From Chrysomallon squamiferum (lineage: Eukaryota > Animalia > Mollusca): DNA of 64,000 bases. Made by a program: the position numbers and the translations under genes. The notes below the pieces were generated by a model. That model saw only the letters and a list, made by a program, of their open reading frames with translations, was not told the DNA's origin and ran no database searches. This document shows, one piece after another, positions 57,092 through 64,000 of the stretch; positions within the stretch are counted from its first letter, which is position 1, and each line of letters starts with the position of its first letter. Location: positions 11,098,001 to 11,162,000 of the forward strand of contig CM022679.1 of NCBI GenBank assembly GCA_012295275.1, given 5' to 3'.

Positions 57092-57361
57092 AACGTTAAA
57101 TGTTTAATTACTGTTGAACCTTGGTTTTTCGGATTTCAGGAAATCCGGATAAAATCTAGAAAAATCTATAAATTTGAACTTACCGCCGTTTCCCAGATAT
57201 GACAGTTTGTAAATATTTGTTAGTGGAGCGGTGATAGCCCAGTGTTTACACGAAATCATCGCCATTTTTTTCATTATTATAATTACTACTACTACTACTA
57301 CTACTACTACTAATAATAATAAATAATAATAATAATAATATATATATATATATATATACTT

Positions 57362-57399
<38 letters not shown>

Positions 57400-57873
57400 C
57401 TAGCAATGGCTTATATGGCTTCAAGAGGAAGAAGTTCTAAAAGAAAAAAGGTACATCTTAGTGTTGGTCAGAAGTTAGAAGTGGTACAATTTGTTATATA
57501 TGTATTAGATAGCTGTTATGTATACTGAAGTATAATGTTCGGTAAATCTCAGGGTTAATGTTTATATTCGCGATTTCACAGACTGGTGTTCACCCACTAC
57601 ATCAGTTCATGATATCGATGGTCAGCTATTGTTTTACCCCGTTTAGTCGTGAAAATAATAAGATTTTCAATGACTCAATCTTTTAAGATATTTTGACTCT
57701 GAACCTCATGAATCCTTACAATAAAGCATTATGCTACAATTTATAAAATTAACAGCTGAATAAATTGATAAAGAAGGTGATTGTAAAAAAATAAGTTTAA
57801 TATTATAACTATCCTGATTCCTAAAGCAAAGTTAAACAAGTTTACAAAATAATCTAAAAAGTGTATTTCCAAC

Positions 57874-57879
57874 TTTATT
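57874..57879 (-). terminator. Candidate polyadenylation signal of the JmjC gene
   Basis: AATAAA on the minus strand ~370 nt after the stop codon, close to the CpG-density boundary. Confidence 0.4.
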
Positions 57880-58245
57880 TTTTAAAGTTTATAAACATTT
57901 ATATATAAAATTGATATTAAAAAATGGTTTAGGTTTTTCCATTTCAGCCAGTAATATATATATATATATATATATGATGATTACAAATGGTAAGTACAGA
58001 TAAGTGAGTTCAAGATAAAATGATTCAAAATCAAATGCAATAGCATTATAGATTTTGTGCAATTAGTTCTGTCATGAAAAGAATTATTTATAAGAAAAAT
58101 TACAAATTTTTTTAAGTCATCTTGACATTCTCACATATGTTAGCATGCATGTACACATACACACTAAGATATCAAAGACACATTATGGTGAAAATAAAAA
58201 TACACAACAAAACAACTATAAAAAAATATTTACTTTATTTTAATT

Positions 58246-58499
58246 TCAATCAGGTGGCCATTTTTTGAAATCATTCCATTTTAAATCACCAACGTTAAAG
58301 TTCTGCATGACTTTGAACTCTGAACTCTGCATCTGATTAACTAGGTCAGCAGCACAGGGGTCAACAAGGGCATTAATCCGTAACTCTTCTTTGACTCTGT
58401 CAAAATTAGATGTGTCCACAAAATTTGCTGAAATAGCAACAGATGTTTCCAGATTGGAAACTTGATGAGGACAGGCTGCAGGAACAAACAGCAAATCTC
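58246..58499 (-). CDS. TPR-JmjC gene last exon with distal His ligand
   Basis: Acceptor TTTACAG|GA. Encodes (PG)DLLFVPAACPHQVSNLETSVAISANFVD...KKWPPD*, matching the JmjC PGxxLFVPxxxxHxVxN motif. The spliced CDS from 63792 totals 1545 nt (514 aa). Confidence 0.93.
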
Positions 58500-58928
58500 C
58501 TGTAAATAAATAATGATAATGATAAAGAATCTCCTATAAATAAATAAATTAATTAATAATAATAATAGTAATAAAATAACAAAATTAATAACATCAGTGA
58601 TAATGATAATAATAATAATAAAACCCCTAAATAAAAACCCTAAACAAAAACAATAAAAAATAAAATAACAATAAAAACATTAATATAATTAATGTAAATT
58701 TTAAAACACAGATTAACATGTTAGTTTGAATTACTGAAACATGACAGTATGAATTAAGTTAAATTATGAAAATTAAACATTATAGTTTTTACAGGGTGCA
58801 GCTAAGATCCTTTTTTATTTCTGTTTTTATCATTTAATACAATAAAACTTTCTATAAAGGTTTAGTTTTCTGTAATTTTGTATGTATTTTATTAACAATA
58901 GGTAAAATATTTCTAATTATAAATATAT

Positions 58929-58929
<1 letters not shown>

Positions 58930-58973
<44 letters not shown>

Positions 58974-59006
58974 GAGATAGATAGACAGAAAGAAAGATAG
59001 ATAGAT
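58930..59006. repeat. (GATA)n microsatellite in a JmjC intron
   Basis: Directly visible. Confidence 0.9.
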
Positions 59007-59163
59007 ATACATATAATATTTCATTTAATGAAAGTCAATAAAAAATGTTTTTAAAAGGTGTTAGTTACTTTCACCATAGCCGGTATTTTTAAAAATATGC
59101 AGAAAAGATTAGTTTAAATTACTGAAACATATTTAAAATAAATAAATAAATTAATTTAAAAAC

Positions 59164-59318
59164 CTGGTTGGAGAATACATTCGACTGGATGAGTCAAAGA
59201 GAGAAGAGGAAATTTTTCTAAATCAGGATTTGTCAGATCAACTTCAAAAGTAGGGTCCATGGACTGTAGTAATTGTGGATACAAGAAAGATAACTCTTCT
59301 GCAGGATATAAAGTCCAC
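59164..59318 (-). CDS. TPR-JmjC gene exon
   Basis: Acceptor TTTTACATAG|G. Encodes WTLYPAEELSFLYP...DLEKFPLLSLTHPVECILQP. Donor G|GTTTTT; phases match both neighbours. Confidence 0.9.
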
Positions 59319-59894
59319 CTATGTAAAAAAAAAAACATAACAAAATAAAATCAATAAGTAAATAAATAAATAAATATTAAAAAGCAACATTTGAAACACT
59401 GAATATTTATTAATGAATTATTAAAAAAATAATACTTTAAAAACAAAAAAAAGCATGAAACCTTAAAAAGATAATTTGAAAATCACAAATATTTGCTATA
59501 ATATTTTTTTTTTTTAAAAACCAAGAAAAAACTAAACCAAAACAATATTCGTAACATTTAAAAAAATGCTGTAAACATTAAAAACCAACATCTGAAACAA
59601 AAAATATACCAGAAACATTTAAAATGAAAAATGGAAACATTAAAAAACAACAACACTTGAAGCATTAAAGCAACAAAATTCTTAATAATTAAAGAAGTAA
59701 TAGTAATAATTAATTTCATGAACATTCAAAAAAAAAAAAAAATATATATAACACTTTAAAAAATTAACTGAAATAAATACAACAGAAATAAAAACATATT
59801 AATATTCACAAAATATAAACCTTTGAAAAAGTCAAATACACTCCAAAAACATTATAATTTCTAACATTCTAAAATAAATCATTCAAAAACTTAC

Positions 59895-60042
59895 TTTTTT
59901 TTACCCTGAAACAAAGCCATCCAGAAATTTGATCCAAATGTATCAACATGAAGTTTTCCATTTATGCCAGCTGCTGCTATAAAAAGACTTGGCCAACTGT
60001 CTCTATACTGACTGCCTGGCTGTAGCTTCTGCAGAAAATCTC
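59895..60042 (-). CDS. TPR-JmjC gene exon with HxD Fe(II) ligands
   Basis: Acceptor TTTCAG|GA. Encodes DFLQKLQPGSQYRDSWPSLFIAAAGINGKLHVDTFGSNFWMALFQGKK. Donor AA|GTAAGT. Confidence 0.93.
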
Positions 60043-60537
60043 CTGAAATAAATAAATAAATAAATAAGTAAATAAGTAAGTAAATAAGTAAATAAGTAAA
60101 TAAATAAGTAAGTAAGTAAGTAAAATAAGAAAGTTAGTTCAGCAAACAAATAAATAATATTATGTATGCAAGTAAATAAATAAAATAAAATAAAATATGT
60201 TCAGGCATATTCAAGATAAAACTTGTAAAACTTAAGTAAATGGTGAAACAGTACCTTTCATGTTAAAAATTGAAAGAAAAAAGTCATTGTTATCCTGCAA
60301 TAAAGAGCAAGGGAATTTTAAAAGTGTTTTTCCATAAAGAAAACACAAATATTGTACTATCATATAAAGTGCTGAGTGATACTGCAAATGGCACACCAAA
60401 TTTGGAATTCATCAGACCAGTGCTACAATAAGTTAGCCGAAGCCTGCTTCAGTTTAACATTCTCACAAACAGTAAAATTGATGCTTAATACAATTATACA
60501 AAAGTTTCATGAATTAAAAGTTGTTATGTTCACACAC

Positions 60538-60744
60538 CAGCAAAATATTTAGGTATAGTAAGTTCTTGTGCCAATGGAAGACAGTACTGAGGCAAACACC
60601 AATCAAACAAATAAAGGTCAAGGTCACAATCAGGGCTGATCAGGTGATTAATAAAGTCCTTGACCTTCATGCTTTTGGCATCCTCCAGCCTGGCCCATTC
60701 CACTGAGTCAGTAACTGGTTTTTTCAATGTAACTGAACAGTCAC
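60538..60744 (-). CDS. TPR-JmjC gene exon
   Basis: Acceptor TTGTAG|GT. Encodes DCSVTLKKP...DLYLFDWCLPQYCLPLAQELTIPKYFA (JmjC YLxDW...PxYF pattern). Donor G|GTGTGT. Confidence 0.9.
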
Positions 60745-60799
60745 CTACAACATAAATTAATATTAAAATTTGATCTATTTCAATTTTTTTTTTTTAATA

Positions 60800-61520
60800 C
60801 AGTGGTACCTTGACTTATGAGTTTAATTCGTTCCATGACTAAACTTGTAACTCAGTTTGCTCACGTATAAAATTTGTTTTCCAAAATGAAATTAATTGAA
60901 ATACCATTAATCTGTTCCAGCCCCTAAAAACCACCCCATTTTTTTGTAATATGTTTTTAAATAAGAAAAATGAATGTATAAATGACAAATATTGTATAAA
61001 AACTAAATAAAAGAGAATGTAAAGAAATAAATTGGTTTTGTAAAGTGTACAGGGTTACGATTTCTCCATCTTTTCATGGACAGAGGTCCACAGCTTAAAA
61101 ATTATTTTAACGCCTCTGGCTGCAGTTATAGTCTTTATCGATTCCTTCCTGCTTCAGTATGGTACACATTGTAGAAGTACATAGCCATGTTGACTATACA
61201 CACACTTCGCTCATGTTTTTTTTTATGAATTCATACTTCTTCTTCTCAGCACTGTCTTTGGATCCTTGGAAATATAGGATCCTTGCACAAAACATGAGCA
61301 CAACACACAGAAATACTGCAGGAGGTAAAAAGTAAGATGAGTGAGATGCAGGATGCTGGGCAGATGTTATGTTGTTCATTGCACCAAGTTATGGTGACAT
61401 ATCTGAAGCTCGCTTGTAACTCGAATTATAGCTTGTAACTCAAAGCAAAAAATCAATCAGGCAACTGCTCGTGACTCGGAAATTCGTAAGATGGAGCACT
61501 CATAACTTGAGGTATCACTG
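60800..61520. mobile_element. Non-autonomous Tc1/mariner (pogo/Tigger-like) MITE in a JmjC intron
   Basis: TA|CAGTGGTACCTTGACTTATGAGT ... ACTCATAACTTGAGGTATCACTG|TA: 23-bp TIRs matching at 19/23 positions, TA target-site duplication, repeated subterminal CTTGTAACTC motifs, no transposase ORF. Confidence 0.85.
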
Positions 61521-61779
61521 TATTTACTTAGTTAGCATTTACAGTTAAATATACTCACATATATACATATAAACACAAAAACATCCACATATATGCACAC
61601 ATATTTTATGTCACATATTACTATTATTATTACATTATTAAAAAGAAAGAAACATTATTCCCTTTTTAGAGAAATAAAATAAAATTTTATCTATTGAAGA
61701 ACATCAGAAAAATGAAAGATAACAGAAAAACCATCAGATTTTGACATTTATAACAGAAAGAAACTAAACAAAACTGAAC

Positions 61780-61924
61780 CAGCAATTTTCTGGATGTGTT
61801 CTAGAGTCCATGGACATTTTGTCATCTTCCCAACAAGGTCTGTTATGACAACTGGAGTCCTTGTTTTTTCAAACTTCGTGTAGAAATCTTCAACACTCAG
61901 GTCTTGTGATGACACCCTGACAAC
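61780..61924 (-). CDS. TPR-JmjC gene exon (pre-JmjC segment)
   Basis: Acceptor TTTTACCAG|. Encodes VVRVSSQDLSVEDFYTKFEKTRTPVVITDLVGKMTKCPWTLEHIQKIA, typical of the N-terminal flank of JmjC-only hydroxylases. Donor G|GTTCAG. Confidence 0.88.
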
Positions 61925-62378
61925 CTGGTAAAATAAAATTCTCAGACATCAAATATTTCAAATTGTACATAATAAAAAATAACAAACTATTTATACTCAT
62001 AAAGATAACAGCTCAAAAGTTTCATATAATATTAATCTTTAAAAAAATTATAAATACATAATCAGTTCTTAAACTGATCACATTAATTTACAGAACTGCT
62101 TCTCAGGTATATATTTGACATGTTAATAATAATTCTGATTGTCTATTATCTGCAACATACAAAAGGACTACATACTGTTTGTAAATAAATATCTGAAATG
62201 TGTTTTAAAATCTTCACTCTGAGATATAAAAATGAATCTCTATGGCAGTGTGGACAAATGTACTTATTACCAGGATTCACTGTTATAAACATTAATTTGA
62301 TCAATTTTTATTTCCATTAAAACTGATAGTTACTTTTAATTTGTGACTATTATTAGAGATATTTTGTTTGAGTCAAAC

Positions 62379-62494
62379 CTGACTTGGTTTAGGAAGATGT
62401 AATTGTTGTGGGAGAAAGCTCATCATTTTTTCCTGTTCCAGCTTGATTTTCATGTGTCTTTTTATTTTCTCCAATTTCCACTGATACTGTCTAT
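62379..62494 (-). CDS. TPR-JmjC gene exon
   Basis: Acceptor TTTTTGCTAGACAG|AT keeps the frame (A|AT = Asn, giving LDPHN). Encodes RQYQWKLEKIKRHMKIKLEQEKMMSFLPQQLHLPKPSQ. Donor CAG|GTTTGA. Confidence 0.75.
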
Positions 62495-62916
62495 CTGTCT
62501 AGCAAAAAGAAAACTATTTAAAATACAGTTGTATCAACTACTCCATGTATATGTATTGTGTTCCTTGGTTCACAGACACATACACAGACACACACACACA
62601 TATTAAATTAACAATTAAATTCTAAATCAGAAAATGTTTGCAAACAAAAAAGAAGAAAAATTTATCAATACCACACAAAACTCCGAAATTTTGTGATACT
62701 AGATATAAAAAGAGAGAATTTAAAAAAATAATAATTAAATATCATAATACTGAAATAATTAAAAAATATATTTAAAAATAAATTCCATAAACCAGTTACA
62801 AGATGCAAATTATTATTTCAGTCACACTTCTTTAAAAGAAGAATCTAAAATTAAAATAACAATTTTTTTTCTAAAGGTCTTAATCACAAAATGATTTTTA
62901 CAAACACATTACATAC

Positions 62917-63092
62917 TATGTGGATCAAGGGTTATAGAGATTTGAATGTTGTGTGTTGCTTCATTTAGTTCTCCAAGTATTTCTTCCACTGAAGCAAGAG
63001 ACGCATGAAGACCAGGAGTTATCTGCCCTTTCTTTATCAAAGCTTTTAATTTGTTCTTTTCACTGGACAGAAACATTTTTCCAGCTTCTGTT
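62917..63092 (-). CDS. TPR-JmjC gene exon (TPR-like helices)
   Basis: Acceptor TTTTATACAG|A and donor CAT A|GTATGT. Encodes ...LHASLASVEEILGELNEATHNIQISITLDPH. Confidence 0.85.
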
Positions 63093-63448
63093 CTGTATAA
63101 AAGAAAACATGATAATGTTATCACATAAATAGTGGTTTTATAATGTTTATCTTATTTATTAAGACTGCCATGAAATATTAATTTTCCATAAACAAATTAT
63201 TATAGATACAAATAGGCTTTTTAATTAATAATAATAATTATTATTATTATTATGACTACTACTACTATTCCTCCTATTACTACTATTATTTTGATTCAAA
63301 TATATTCTGTAAGAAAATTAAATAGAAATCTAACATTCTTCAAATAATTTGCAATAAAAAAAAAAACACTGACTTTTACAAATACCAGCATACAGATTAA
63401 CAAATGCAATGTTAATAAAAAAAAACATTCAACTTCTTCATCTCTTAC

Positions 63449-63909
63449 CTAGCTACCCAGTAAATCAGAGTTTTGGGATTTGTTGATTTTGGAATTTTCA
63501 TGTCAGAAAACAAATATCTACCAGTATGTCGCCACCATTTTGCCAAGACAGTTTCAGCAAAATCCACATTAAAACTGTCGTCTTGCCGTGGTTTTTTGTT
63601 TTCAGAATAATTTTCAGCAGATTTACCTTTTCTTTTTAAATCAGTTTCCACCTCACTTTCTAGAGAGTGACTTTTACTAGAAATGTGTTTGTTGTTTTTG
63701 TTTTCTGACTGGATTTTGTGTGTTGACTGTGTTACAGGCCATTCACTTATTAACTGAATATCATTATAAACTCTTTCAGAGTCTGAAATCATTGTGAAAA
63801 ATGTTCCAGTATTTTTTTTGGATTTATTTTAAATTTGTTTTTAAATTTTACATCTTCTGTATAATGTAACACATTTTCCTTCATGTGAAGTCTTGTGTGT
63901 AGATTTTTC
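63449..63909 (-). CDS. TPR-JmjC gene, first visible exon; frame clean only from ATG 63792
   Basis: Acceptor TCTCTTTCAG| at 63910 and donor GCT AG|GTAAGA at 63448. ORF MISDSERVY...YWVAR splices in frame to the next exon. The 5' part is open only in another frame (see findings). Confidence 0.7.
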
Positions 63910-64000
63910 CTGAAAGAGAAAAATAAATAAATAAATAAATAAATGTATACTTATTAGAAAATAACAAACGGGGGAAAATATATTATGTCATAAATATCAA

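Noticed and set aside
57109-57152. TACTGTTGAACCTTGG...ATCCGGATAA, resembling a pogo-type TIR
   Set aside because: No matching partner TIR found in the window.
61194-61379. 61-aa ORF inside the MITE as a transposase
   Set aside because: Too short, with no HTH or DDE motif recognised.

Overview
Eukaryotic (animal, probably lophotrochozoan/mollusc-like; inference) AT-rich genomic window full of microsatellites. It holds two minus-strand spliced genes. (1) A three-exon SoxE (Sox8/9/10-class) transcription factor gene, CDS 34055->18740, with a 13.7 kb first intron and gene-free flanks dotted with CpG-rich islands. Its last exon has an apparent +1 frameshift near 19080 that separates the K2 domain from the conserved C-terminus. 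(2) Eight exons (63909->58246) of an unnamed protein with a TPR-like repeat followed by a JMJD6/JMJD4-like JmjC domain with an intact HxD...H triad; one intron carries a 721-bp TA-flanked Tc1/mariner (pogo/Tigger-like) MITE. The clearest large-scale signal is a sharp CpG boundary at about 57.7 kb: CpG-rich across the SoxE domain, CpG-depleted across the JmjC gene. The MITE TIRs show CpG-to-TpG/CpA decay. Both fit invertebrate mosaic gene-body methylation. No RNA genes, CRISPR arrays or prokaryotic features were seen, and most ORF-track entries are microsatellite artefacts. All counts and splice junctions were read by eye.
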